14,583 bases of DNA from Candidatus Hodarchaeaceae archaeon (GCA_030018135.1 JASEGJ010000025.1:1-14583), one strand, 5' to 3'; shown: positions 1 to 13,603, counted from the first letter of the stretch. Notes: generated by a model not told the origin, from the sequence alone. Numbers and translations: made by a program.

Positions 1-53
1 CCTGCGCAAGATTAGCTTTGACCATCAAGGCTTTTTAATTTTGCACACTCCTA

Positions 54-128
54 TTTGTTATAAATAAAAATTTGTTATAAATACAACAAAGATTTTATAT
101 ATGGGAAAATTGTTGTAAATATAACAAA
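54..128 (+). promoter_or_regulatory. Archaeal promoter (TATA box ~93-102) flanked by two imperfect 18-bp palindromes and an upstream half-site
   Basis: TTTTATATAT at 93-102 preceded by purine-rich CAAAGA (BRE-like). TTGTTATAAATACAACAA at 72-89 and TTGTTGTAAATATAACAA at 110-127. ATTTGTTATAAATA is directly repeated at 53-66 and 70-83. Confidence 0.7.
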
Positions 129-137
129 AGTGAGCAC

Positions 138-404
138 ATGAAGAAGATCCTCCTAGTCTGGGACGTCAAGAGCAAGGGCTCGCCAGCAACGCTCTTCTAC
201 CGCGCCCTCTGCGGTTACGATTACCCGACGAAGTCTGGCAAGAGCCACTCCAATGGGGTCCTCGACGAGATCCCCGACGGCGTCTGGGAATTCATAAACC
301 GTAGCACCCTGCTGATCGAGGAGGAGTACGCGAAGATGGTCGAAGAAATATTCAGGGAGTTCGGCAAACATTTGCTCTGGCACAGGTTCGAGGTGGAGGT
401 TTAG
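138..404 (+). CDS. Small hypothetical protein (88 aa), possible Cas2/VapD-like ferredoxin fold
   Basis: ATG start just downstream of the promoter; stop abuts the cdc48 RBS. N-terminal strand ILLVWDV resembles the Cas2 hhhhYDh motif and WEFINRSTLLI resembles the Cas2 xxhQxSVF strand. Fold call is by eye only. Confidence 0.7.
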   Translation: MKKILLVWDVKSKGSPATLFYRALCGYDYPTKSGKSHSNGVLDEIPDGVWEFINRSTLLIEEEYAKMVEEIFREFGKHLLWHRFEVEV

Positions 405-412
405 GGAGGTGA
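405..412 (+). promoter_or_regulatory. Shine-Dalgarno site of cdc48
   Basis: GGAGGTGA 5 nt upstream of ATG 418. Confidence 0.8.
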
Positions 413-417
413 TTTGA

Positions 418-5433
<5,016 letters not shown>

Positions 5434-5477
5434 GCCTTTTAAGGGAAAGCCGCAGAGTTAAGGCGGAGGTCAAAAAC

Positions 5478-5801
5478 TTGGCGCAAATTTTCGCGAGCAG
5501 TTTGCGCGGCATGAACGTCCTCACCGATAGGGGTCTGCAGGTTGGGCGGCTTTACGACATGCTCGTCGACGAGGAAAACGGCAGGATCCTTTCGCTTGTG
5601 GTTAAATCCGTGACCAAGGAAACGCTCGAGAACCTCCCAAAGGACAGCAGCGGTAATGCCCTGTTGCCGTTTAGCTCGGTCATGGCAATTCGCGATCACA
5701 TCATCGTCAATGAGCGGGTTCTGATGATCCAGCAGCTCAAGCAGCAGCCGCCCCAAAAATCGACCGCGGAGCCAACGTTCGGCGAGCCACCGCTGCTGTG
5801 A
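5478..5801 (+). CDS. PRC-barrel domain protein, similar to archaeal cell-division CdpB (CdpB1-like)
   Basis: TTG start with GGAGGT at 5465-5470. PRC pattern LRGMNVLTDRGLQVGRLYDMLVDEENGRILSLVV...LLPFSSVMAIRDHIIV, then a Q/P-rich tail. Confidence 0.85.
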   Translation: MAQIFASSLRGMNVLTDRGLQVGRLYDMLVDEENGRILSLVVKSVTKETLENLPKDSSGNALLPFSSVMAIRDHIIVNERVLMIQQLKQQPPQKSTAEPTFGEPPLL

Positions 5802-6488
5802 TCACCACCCGAAGTGTAACCTAATCGCAAGCTCGCTCGGCAGACCCGCGGCCTCTATCTTTTTGGCCGTGCGCTCGATTTCGTACTCAACTCTCTCTTG
5901 CTTGACGCCTACTTCATCATCTATCGACAGAAGCATATAGCTCGCGCGGGCATCTCGGTCGCGGGGCTGCCCAATTCCTCCGGGGTTCAGGATGAGCTTG
6001 CCTTGGATGGTGCGCCGCATAGGCACATGGGTATGGCCCAGCACTATGATGTCCGCATTGACATCTCGCGTTAGTTCGACGAGCTCGCGGTTTGACAGGT
6101 CCGGAAAAACATATTCGAAGAGGGGGTCCCGCGGGCTCCCGTGGACCACGTAGATGACTTTATCACCACAGGTGAGCTTCAGTTGCTCCGGCAAGCCGCG
6201 GAGGTACCTGGTATTATCATCTTGCATGTTGTCCGCGGTCCAGAGCACGGCGCGGGCGGCGCTCGGGTTGAACCCGGCCACATCTCGCGTTATCGCGCCG
6301 TAGTCGTGGTTGCCCATGACTGTTTGGATGCCCCTTGACCTGGCGAGGGCGATTACCTCATTCGGCTCCGCGGCATAGCCGACGAGGTCGCCAGCACAGA
6401 TCAGCTTGTCAACTTTCGGCATGTGCTTGAGCACCGCTTGAAATGCCGCAAGGTTTGAGTGCACATCAGCTATTACTCCGATTTTCAC
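5802..6488 (-). CDS. Calcineurin-like metallophosphoesterase (YfcE/MJ0936-like), ~228 aa
   Basis: Motifs DVHSN, GDLVGY, GNHD, HGSP, GHTH, NPG. Probable GTG start at 6488 (MKIGVIADVH) after GGTGG. The ORF-track extension to 6566 runs through AT-rich intergenic DNA. Stop abuts the PRC-barrel stop. Confidence 0.9.
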   Translation of the reverse strand: MKIGVIADVHSNLAAFQAVLKHMPKVDKLICAGDLVGYAAEPNEVIALARSRGIQTVMGNHDYGAITRDVAGFNPSAARAVLWTADNMQDDNTRYLRGLPEQLKLTCGDKVIYVVHGSPRDPLFEYVFPDLSNRELVELTRDVNADIIVLGHTHVPMRRTIQGKLILNPGGIGQPRDRDARASYMLLSIDDEVGVKQERVEYEIERTAKKIEAAGLPSELAIRLHFGW

Positions 6489-6584
6489 TGGACCACCGTT
6501 TTGCAAAATGCACGACTTTAGATAAAAGCATGCATAAATTAAACTAAGTTTCCTTAAATGAAACAAAATTAACTTGGCAAAAGG

Positions 6585-7275
6585 TCAGCGGTGGAGCTCC
6601 AGTATTTTGGCTATCGCCTCAGCGACGCCCCTTCCGTAGGGCTCCGCTGTGACATGGGTGCAGACCTTTTTTTACCGCCTCGTCGGAGTTCGCCACGGCA
6701 AAGCTGAGCCCTGCGACCTCGAGCATTTCGATATCGTTCAGCGCATCGCCGATCGCCGCCATTTCAGCCGTGGCTATGCCGAGCAGCGAGGCGACCTTGC
6801 GCAGAGCATCCCCCTTGTTTACGTACGGGTTCTTGATGTGGATCGCGAAGCCCGAGTCCACCGCCGCCAACTCCAACCCCTCGCGGCGGAAGACGTCCAT
6901 CGCCTGCTCAGCGGTTATCCCGCGCTCGAGCGTCAGGCCGGTGAGGCGCATGCTCGAGCTCCTAGTCTGCCGCAGGGCGCCGAACGCCCGTTCAAGCGCG
7001 GCCAGCCCGCGATCCGCCTCTACCCTGTCGCCGAGCAGGTGCTCGCGCCCGCTGGTGCGGTCAAATACCACCCCGCCATCCTCGGCGATGAGCGGGCCGG
7101 ATGTGCCGAGCAGCGTCGCAGCCGCCTCGGCGAAGCACAGCGGATTGCCCGTGGAGAGCACGACGGGCAAGCCCTCGTCCTCCGCCCTTCGAACCGCCTC
7201 AACTGCGGCCACATCGAGCCTTCTGTTTCTGAACGTCATGGTACCGTCGATATCGATGGCTACAGCCCTGATCAA
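6585..7275 (-). pseudogene. HAD-IIB phosphatase (archaeal phosphoglycolate phosphatase/SPP-like) with a 1-nt frameshift near the C-terminus; pseudogene or sequencing error
   Basis: TTG start at 7275 (MIRAVAIDIDGT, HAD motif I), STGN motif II, NKGDAL, GDALNDIEML motif IV. Removing one base from the T7 run at 6667-6673 restores the tail VKKVCTHVTAEPYGRGVAEAIAKILELHR* ending at 6585 (229 aa). As given, the frame stops at 6619. Confidence 0.8.
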
Positions 7276-7288
7276 AGTTTCAACCCGG

Positions 7289-8239
7289 TTAGTCCCTGAT
7301 GCCCTGTTCGGTGATGACGAAAATGGACTCGCCCTCCGGCAAGTTAGGGCTGTCGACCACGCGCGCGATGCGCCTGCCCCCCTTGGACTTTCGCAGGTAG
7401 ACGCGCGTCGTAGCCGAGTGTCCGAGCACGTGTCCGCCGATCGGCCGCGTCGGATCACCGAAGAACAGGTCAGGTCTCGCCTGCACTTGGTTCGTCACAA
7501 ATACTGCGATGTCCTTCAGGTCAGCTATCCGGTGAAGGGTCAGCAGGTGCCTCGCGAGCTTCTGCTGTCTATCAGCCAAAGTTCCCCTCCCCACGAACTC
7601 GGCTCGGAAGTGGGAGGTCAGCGAATCGACCACAAGGAGCCGCACCCCCTCCTTCCCGATTATCTCCTCGGCCTTCTCCGCTATCAGCAGCTGTTGGTCT
7701 GTATTATACGACCTGGCGACCAAGATGTTCCGAAGCGCATCCGTCGGGTTGAGCCCAGCCCCGGCCGCCATATCCAGGATCCGCTCGGGCCTAAAGGTGT
7801 TCTCGGTGTCTATGAAGACCGCCTTGCCGCTCAGGCCCCCCTGCTCGGGCGGGAGCTGCACGTTCACGCAGAGCTGGTGGGCCAGCTGGCTCTTGCCCGA
7901 GCCGAACTCCCCGAAGACCTCGGTGATTGCCCTTGTCTCGATGCCCCCCCCGAGCAAATTATCGAGCTGCTTGCCGCCGGTGGTTATCCAGCCTATTGTC
8001 TTCCTGCGCTCCAAGACCTTATCTGCCGTTACGAAGGTTCCAATCTCCGCCGCCTTTTTCGCGGCTTCGATGATCTTCTTCGCCTGAGATTCCCCGATCT
8101 CGGCCGCCTCGCGGAGCTCAGCCACAGTCGCGACGGCAATCGACTCAACGGTGCCGTAACCGGCCTCGCGGAGCTTCTCGGCGGTTGCCTCACCGACCCC
8201 GGGCAGTCCCTCGATCGATATTCCCTTCCCCCCGGCCAA
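7289..8239 (-). CDS. radA: DNA repair and recombination protein RadA
   Basis: N-terminal HhH ([15 protein letters not shown]), Walker [20 protein letters not shown], Walker [29 protein letters not shown]. Start is TTG 8239 (GGAGG 7 nt upstream) or in-frame ATG 8257. Confidence 0.97.
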   Translation of the reverse strand: MAGGKGISIEGLPGVGEATAEKLREAGYGTVESIAVATVAELREAAEIGESQAKKIIEAAKKAAEIGTFVTADKVLERRKTIGWITTGGKQLDNLLGGGIETRAITEVFGEFGSGKSQLAHQLCVNVQLPPEQGGLSGKAVFIDTENTFRPERILDMAAGAGLNPTDALRNILVARSYNTDQQLLIAEKAEEIIGKEGVRLLVVDSLTSHFRAEFVGRGTLADRQQKLARHLLTLHRIADLKDIAVFVTNQVQARPDLFFGDPTRPIGGHVLGHSATTRVYLRKSKGGRRIARVVDSPNLPEGESIFVITEQGIRD

Positions 8240-8267
8240 ACTTGCGCCTCCGTTCATTTTTCGATTT

Positions 8268-10331
8268 TCATGCTTTTATTCTTTCCAGTAGTTCGCGCGC
8301 TTCCTGTTTTGGATCTGACGGCTGCACATCATCAACCCTGAGCTCAAGTTGGCCGAAGTACTTATCGTACCTGGTGGTCCCGACGAGGATGATCTCCCGG
8401 CCGATCAAACTGAACCTATTGTAAAGCTCAATCAAGTCGGGAGTTTTTTTGAACTGCTCGAACAACTGCTGCGCGCTCATGTTCAGGAGCCTCTCCGCGG
8501 CCTTCCCGAAGAGCGCGGCGCGGATGTTGCCCGTACCGTCGTCCACCACGAAGCTCAGCACCGCGCGATGTTCCGGCGTCACGACCTTCCCGCACTCCTC
8601 GCACAACAAACTCGTATCCACGCTCCCGAGGCTTCGGCCGCACGAGGGGCAGACATCGAACAACGGACGCCTGTGAAATACTCGCACGATCGTGCCGCGC
8701 ACTTGGATGTGCATGCCCTCCTTTTGGAGCGAGCCGATGTCGACGCGCTCCGGCTTGGCAACGACCATCGCGAGCACATCAGCGGGGGGGAGCTCTTCGA
8801 CCACGGCCGGGTTGACCTCGAGACGACCCTGTTTGCCGAGGTGGATTTCAGTTTGCCCAAAGAGCCCGACCGTGCTATAACAATTGACGAGTTTTACGAC
8901 ATCGCCCGCTTTGATCCCCTCGACCTGCTCGGCATGCTCCTGCCACACCGATGCCCCAGCGGTGCCGGTCTCGTCCCCCACCACGAGGGTTGCGACCTTC
9001 CCCCTGCTTCCGTCGGCGCGCGTGAACTCCCGCGGCCCTGCCACCTCCACGACCCTGCCGACCACCTCGAGTGCGTCCATGCCGGGCTCGACCTCGCCTA
9101 CCGCTATTGGACTTGGTTCAAGCTCGCCGACCGTCATGCCGGCCGGGTTGATTTCGACCCGAGCGGCTCGGCCGATGTGGACCTCGGGCCTGCCAGCTAG
9201 GCCCGGGCGCGCGTAAGCGTTGCGCACGAGCACCACTTCACCCGGCGATAGCCTTTGTGCGAGCTCGACAGCGCCGTCCCAAAATGAGGCGCGGATGGTT
9301 CCGGTTTCGTCTGCCAAAATTGCGCTTGCTACCCGCCCCACCGTGCCGTCATCGCGCTTGAACTCCTGCGGTTGGAATTTGCGCCTCACCCTGCCGACGA
9401 AATCGAGCGTCTGCATATCCGCCTCGATCTCCTCAACCTTCAACAGCCGTTCCTTCAGTTCCGGGAGTTCCGCGACCTCCGCATCCGGCGGGTTGAGCAA
9501 TATGCGCCCTCGCCATCCGAGGTGGAGTTCGGGCTTCTCGCGCAACCCTGGCCGCACGTAAGCATTTTCCAGCTTTATCACGTCGCCGCGCCTGACGTTC
9601 CGCACGGACTCCGCCTTCTCGTCCCACAGCGAGGCGCGCACGCTACCGGTTGAATCCATCAGCATGAGTGACGCGACCCTTCCAGTCGAGCCGTCGGGGC
9701 GCTCGAACGTTCGGGGCTCGCTCACGGCGACGACTCGGCCGAGCACGTCGACATCCGCAAGATCCGGCCGAAGGTCCGCAATTTTGACCCTCGCCTCCTC
9801 CAGCGGTGGCAGGTCGGCCGCGCGGGGGTCGTCCGGGTTGAGGATCACCGAACTGCGCTGGCCGGCGTTGAGCTCGGGCTGCTGGTTGAGCCCTTGGCGC
9901 ACGTAGGCACCCTTGATCTGCACCGCAATCCCCTTTTGAATCTCGCCCATCTCGACGAGCGAAACCTTGTCGTCCCACAGCACGACTCGAACCTGCCCGG
10001 TTCGATCTTGGAGCAAAAGATTTGCCACGCGTCCCTGCGAGCCGTCCAAGCGCTGGAAGGCCCGCGGCTCGTAGACGCGGACGACGCGCCCGACGATGTC
10101 GACCCTCGACATCCCGGGGATCAAGTCCTCTATGCGCAGCTCCCTGACCTCCGGCTCCTTCCTCACCAGCTCGATGCCGAGCTCGCGCCCGACGATGATC
10201 GCGGCACCCTCGGTGGTAACGAAGCCGCTCAACTCCTCCTGCTTCTGCCGGATGCGAGCCATGAGTTCGTCGTGACTGATTCCCGTGCGCCCCAGTATCT
10301 CGCTGACCATCTGCTCAAAATTCATGCTCAT
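8268..10331 (-). CDS. rpa: Replication protein A, large multi-OB subunit: N-terminal helical domain, four tandem OB folds, C-terminal OB fold with Zn finger (~687 aa)
   Basis: Four repeats of GRV...F.R.DG..G.VA...L/V.D.TG......W, then CPSC...CEEC and [12 protein letters not shown] 10331 has GGAGG upstream; the ORF track starts at 10361. Directly upstream of radA. Confidence 0.92.
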   Translation of the reverse strand: MSMNFEQMVSEILGRTGISHDELMARIRQKQEELSGFVTTEGAAIIVGRELGIELVRKEPEVRELRIEDLIPGMSRVDIVGRVVRVYEPRAFQRLDGSQGRVANLLLQDRTGQVRVVLWDDKVSLVEMGEIQKGIAVQIKGAYVRQGLNQQPELNAGQRSSVILNPDDPRAADLPPLEEARVKIADLRPDLADVDVLGRVVAVSEPRTFERPDGSTGRVASLMLMDSTGSVRASLWDEKAESVRNVRRGDVIKLENAYVRPGLREKPELHLGWRGRILLNPPDAEVAELPELKERLLKVEEIEADMQTLDFVGRVRRKFQPQEFKRDDGTVGRVASAILADETGTIRASFWDGAVELAQRLSPGEVVLVRNAYARPGLAGRPEVHIGRAARVEINPAGMTVGELEPSPIAVGEVEPGMDALEVVGRVVEVAGPREFTRADGSRGKVATLVVGDETGTAGASVWQEHAEQVEGIKAGDVVKLVNCYSTVGLFGQTEIHLGKQGRLEVNPAVVEELPPADVLAMVVAKPERVDIGSLQKEGMHIQVRGTIVRVFHRRPLFDVCPSCGRSLGSVDTSLLCEECGKVVTPEHRAVLSFVVDDGTGNIRAALFGKAAERLLNMSAQQLFEQFKKTPDLIELYNRFSLIGREIILVGTTRYDKYFGQLELRVDDVQPSDPKQEARELLERIKA

Positions 10332-10582
10332 GAGCAGCCTCCAAGGATGTTGCTGACTCATGCCTTAAAGAAGTTTGGGGGAGAGGTGGGTGAAAGTAAT
10401 GATGTCCATATTGGTTTATCCGACTATTTTCAAAAATTTGGCTGGCATAATAGTGTCGACCCTCCGTCGGATTTCTCCCATAGGAAATCTTTGTCCTCTT
10501 GATCAATTTTACTGCATTTGGGATGACCCTCGATACCTCTTGGCTGGGACCACCTTAGGGTTTACCATTTTCAGAAAGGCAT

Positions 10583-10708
10583 CTAGCAGGTATCCCTGTA
10601 CGAAATTTTTCTCCTGAAAATCACGCGGGTTTCGTCGAGTTCATCTGCGGGGATTAAAAGCCTCAGCTCCCGCTTCCTCAGTAGATTCAAACTTTCCCCC
10701 CATGGCAT
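10583..10708 (-). CDS. Possible 41-aa small protein or 5' remnant of a decayed gene
   Basis: GGAGG (CCTCC on + at 10716-10720) 7 nt before ATG 10708. Reads MPWGESLNLLRKRELRLLIPADELDETRVIFRRKISYRDTC*. No recognisable motif. Confidence 0.25.
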   Translation of the reverse strand: MPWGESLNLLRKRELRLLIPADELDETRVIFRRKISYRDTC

Positions 10709-10887
10709 TAAGAATCCTCCAACATTTATTTCAATACTACACTAGTCCGATTCAAACTTTTCTACTCTTTGCGATGGTTGCTAGATGACCATTGGTCTGA
10801 TAAGAAATTGACCCGCCGTTGATCCATTCTAAACCAAACTAAAAAACATATAAGCAAATTGAAACTATCCCACAAGGAGGTTGACGC

Positions 10888-11367
10888 ATGCCATACTTAT
10901 ACGGCGACCCGCTCAAGTGCACCGGCTGCCGCATCTGCGAGCTGTATTGCAGCCTCTGCCACGAGCGCGTCCTGAACCCCAAGAAGGCGCGCCTCAGGGT
11001 GGTGAGGATGGAGCCCGCGATCGACAAGCCGATAGCCTGCCGACAGTGCGCGGATCCGCCCTGCGCGAAGGTCTGCCCGACGAATGCGATCGCGCGCAAT
11101 GCAGCGGCCGACATGGTGGCCGTCGACGAGGCGAAATGCATAGGTTGCGGCACATGCGTCGAGGCCTGCCCATTTGGGGCGATCTGGTTGCATCCCGAGC
11201 GAAAGGTTGCGATAAAATGCGATCTTTGCGGGGCCTGCGTCCCGCGATGCCCGGTGGGTGCCCTGAGTATCGTGACGGGAGAGCAATTTGCAAATCGAAG
11301 GCGGGCTGAGCTGATTGCCCGCTTGAAGCCCATCATGCTGGAGCGGGTTCGGGTCCCGAGGGATTAA
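10888..11367 (+). CDS. 4x[4Fe-4S] polyferredoxin (CooF/HydN/DmsB-like), probable electron-transfer subunit of the adjacent AOR
   Basis: 16 Cys in CTGCRICELYC, CRQCADPPCAKVCP, CIGCGTCVEACP and CDLCGACVPRCP. GGAGG at 10876-10880. 1-nt gap to the AOR gene. Confidence 0.93.
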   Translation: MPYLYGDPLKCTGCRICELYCSLCHERVLNPKKARLRVVRMEPAIDKPIACRQCADPPCAKVCPTNAIARNAAADMVAVDEAKCIGCGTCVEACPFGAIWLHPERKVAIKCDLCGACVPRCPVGALSIVTGEQFANRRRAELIARLKPIMLERVRVPRD

Positions 11368-11368
11368 A

Positions 11369-13279
11369 ATGCAATTCAAATACGGTGGCTACACAGGTCA
11401 GGTGCTTGAGGTCGATCTGAGCCGGGGAAAGGTCGTCGGTAACCCATTGGACCCTCTCCTAGCCAGGGAATACCTCGGCGGTGCTGGCTTCTGCTCCCGC
11501 GTCCTCTACGATGAAATTGGGCCGAAGACCAGACCGCTAGGTCCGGAAAACGTCTTAGTTATCGCCACCGGTCCGCTGACCGGAACGCTCTTTCCCCAAG
11601 CTTCGCGGCACGTGGTAGCGGCAAAATCGCCGCTCACGGGGATATGGGGCGAGGCTCATGCGGCGGGTCACTGGGGGGCGGAACTCAAGTTTGCTGGCTT
11701 CGATGCGATAATCGTCAGAGGTCGGTCGCCGAGACCGGTTTATCTTTGGATAGAGAATGGACAAGCCAAAATTAAGAACGCTCGACGGCTCTGGGGATGC
11801 GACGTTTACGAGACGGATGCGATGATCAAGGAGGAGTTCGGGGATGGGTCGATCAAGCTCCTCTACATAGGGCAGGCCGGGGAGAACCTCGTCAGGTTTG
11901 CTGCCGTCATGAACGACCTAGATCGAGCCGCTGCGCGGACGGGCATGGGCGCCGTGATGGGCTCGAAGCGCCTAAAGGCGGTCGCGGTTAGGGGCAGCCG
12001 GGACATCCCGATAGCGAAGCCTGAGAGCTACTTGAAGCTGATGGACGAGCTCCGCGAGAAGATGCTAGCCGACCCCTTCACGCAGGGGCGCGCGGACTAC
12101 GGCACGCCGAGCTTGGTGGAGCTCATGAATGAGATCGGGCGCCTGCCCACCCGCAACTTCCAGACGGGCGTCTTCGAGCACGCAGAGGCGATAGGCGGCA
12201 AAACAATAAGGAAGAGGTACTTGGTCAAGCCGAGGGCCGATTTCGCCTGCATTCAACGCTGCGGCCGTTACACCTGCGTGCCCGAAGGACCCTACGCCTA
12301 CATCGGCGGAAGCCCGGAATACGAGACGCTTTCTTGCGTGGGGTCGAAGTGCGGCATCGGCGATGTCGAGGCGATACTGTACGCGCACCACCTCTGCAAT
12401 CGATACGGCATGGACACCTGCAGCTTCGGGGGCACGCTTGCCTGGGCTATGGAGTGTTATGAAAAGGGGATAATCACAAAGGACGACACGGGCGGCCTCG
12501 ACCTCAGCTGGGGAAACCACGCATCGATGGTCGAACTCGTGCACATGGTCGCACGCCGGAAGGGCTTCGGCAATATTTTGGCCGAGGGCAGCTACCACGC
12601 GGCGAGGAAGGTAGGCCGTGGAGCTGAGGAGTACGTGATGTGCATCAAGAAGCAGGAGATAGCTGGGCAGGATGGCCGCGCTCAGAAATCAATGGGCCTC
12701 GGAAATGCTACCGCAGCGAGGGGCGCAGACCACCTCTACGCATTCCCGGTGCTCGATGAGGTAGGATTCGAGAAGGCGATACGCGAGCGCTTTGGGGCGA
12801 AGTACCTGCCGGAAATAGGTGAGAAGCTCAACCCCAAATACAAGGGATTGATGGTCAAGGAATGCGAGGATTTTGCGGTGGTGGTGGAGTCGGTCGGCGT
12901 TTGCAAGTACGGCACGATGATACCCCCCACCTTCTTCTATTCAGATATTCTGAGGGCGCTCAACGCGACGACGGGCATGAGGCTCACCGAACGAGAGCTG
13001 CGCAGAATAGGCGAGCGCATCGTTAACCTCAACCGAATGTTCAACGTCCGTGAAGGCATAGCACGAAGGGATGATACGCTGCCGGAGCGCCTGCTGAAGG
13101 AACCAGCCCCTGATGGCCCGCCCAAGGGACATGTGGTCGAGTTGGATCAGATGCTCGACGAATATTACAGGCTGCGCGGCTGGGACGTTAAAACGGGCCT
13201 CCCGACGCGCGGTAAACTTAGAGCACTCGGGCTTGAGTTCACTGTCAAGGACTTGCCTCGGCGCAAAGTCGCCCGATGA
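11369..13279 (+). CDS. aor: Tungsten-family aldehyde:ferredoxin oxidoreductase (AOR/WOR), 636 aa
   Basis: KSPLTG, LKFAGFDAIIVRG, GQAGENLVRFA, AARTGMGAVMGSKRLKA, PEYET, RGADH, DDTLPER and EYYRLRGWD. Substrate subfamily cannot be determined by eye. Confidence 0.95.
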   Translation: MQFKYGGYTGQVLEVDLSRGKVVGNPLDPLLAREYLGGAGFCSRVLYDEIGPKTRPLGPENVLVIATGPLTGTLFPQASRHVVAAKSPLTGIWGEAHAAGHWGAELKFAGFDAIIVRGRSPRPVYLWIENGQAKIKNARRLWGCDVYETDAMIKEEFGDGSIKLLYIGQAGENLVRFAAVMNDLDRAAARTGMGAVMGSKRLKAVAVRGSRDIPIAKPESYLKLMDELREKMLADPFTQGRADYGTPSLVELMNEIGRLPTRNFQTGVFEHAEAIGGKTIRKRYLVKPRADFACIQRCGRYTCVPEGPYAYIGGSPEYETLSCVGSKCGIGDVEAILYAHHLCNRYGMDTCSFGGTLAWAMECYEKGIITKDDTGGLDLSWGNHASMVELVHMVARRKGFGNILAEGSYHAARKVGRGAEEYVMCIKKQEIAGQDGRAQKSMGLGNATAARGADHLYAFPVLDEVGFEKAIRERFGAKYLPEIGEKLNPKYKGLMVKECEDFAVVVESVGVCKYGTMIPPTFFYSDILRALNATTGMRLTERELRRIGERIVNLNRMFNVREGIARRDDTLPERLLKEPAPDGPPKGHVVELDQMLDEYYRLRGWDVKTGLPTRGKLRALGLEFTVKDLPRRKVAR

Positions 13280-13340
13280 ATTAGCTGACGGGCTTTCCGG
13301 ATATTGCAATGCATTGAGATATTTTTCTGATTTTAGACAA

Positions 13341-13352
13341 ACTATATATAGT
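13341..13352 (+). promoter_or_regulatory. TATA box of the candidate ncRNA
   Basis: ACTATATATAGT preceded by GACAA. TATATATA (13343-13350) ends ~22 nt before the first stem base at 13373, which fits archaeal promoter spacing. Confidence 0.6.
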
Positions 13353-13372
13353 ATACATGTTAAACAATAACC

Positions 13373-13603
13373 GGCGGGGATGGAAGCCTACAGAGGCGGC
13401 CGAACCGGAGCCTACGGGCAACGGGGAGTCGTGAAAAAACCTAGGCGAAAAACTAGGGTTTGTCGCGGATAAACGCCTGGAAGCAGGGCGTGAGGTAGCG
13501 GCTGTGGGAAAAAGACCCCAACATGAAAAAGCGGCAGACGACGGAATTGGTCGAGACTCCGAAGTTTGCCGGGGGAGTAGTGGAAGGGTCGAAGTCCCCG
13601 CCA
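13373..13603 (+). ncRNA. Candidate ~230-nt structured non-coding RNA of unknown family
   Basis: Closing stem GGCGGGGAT (13373-13381)/GTCCCCGCC (13594-13602). Nested stems GGAGTC/GACTCC and GTTTGTCGC/GCGGCAGAC plus several hairpins. G-U pairs and A-rich loops work on the + strand. No credible ORF. Confidence 0.7.

Noticed and set aside
53-128. CRISPR array or Xer/dif site upstream of the Cas2-like ORF
   Set aside because: Repeats are 14-18 bp without spacer-length unique sequences. The 11-6-11 arrangement at 53-80 is direct rather than inverted as in dif.
7276-7458. N-terminal extension of the 6619-7458 ORF
   Set aside because: Overlaps radA in another frame; HAD motif I begins right after TTG 7275.
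7289-8239. Intein in RadA, a known intein host
   Set aside because: The Walker A region is uninterrupted and the protein is normal length.
8254-8271. ATG 8271 overlapping the rpa stop as radA start
   Set aside because: Out of frame with radA and closes after five codons (MKIEK*); TTG 8239 has a good RBS.
6770-8341. 523-aa + strand ORF and other long antisense ORFs (6649-7299, 8349-9200, 9894-10502, and those opposite cdc48 and aor)
   Set aside because: Shadow frames of GC-rich genes with clear family motifs on the other strand; no motifs of their own.
10362-10875. Replication origin or C/D-box sRNA in the long intergenic gap
   Set aside because: No ORB-like repeats or adjacent orc1/cdc6; ATGATGT is only a partial C box with no well-placed CTGA.
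13373-13603. RNase P RNA, SRP RNA, tRNA/tmRNA or cobalamin riboswitch identity for the structured element
   Set aside because: No GAGGAAnnUCC or ACAGAA...GGCUUA boxes, no SRP54-binding helix 8, and no T-arm or anticodon arm despite the GGCGGGG/CCCCGCCA ends. No B12-box core. Judged by eye; a covariance-model search is still needed.
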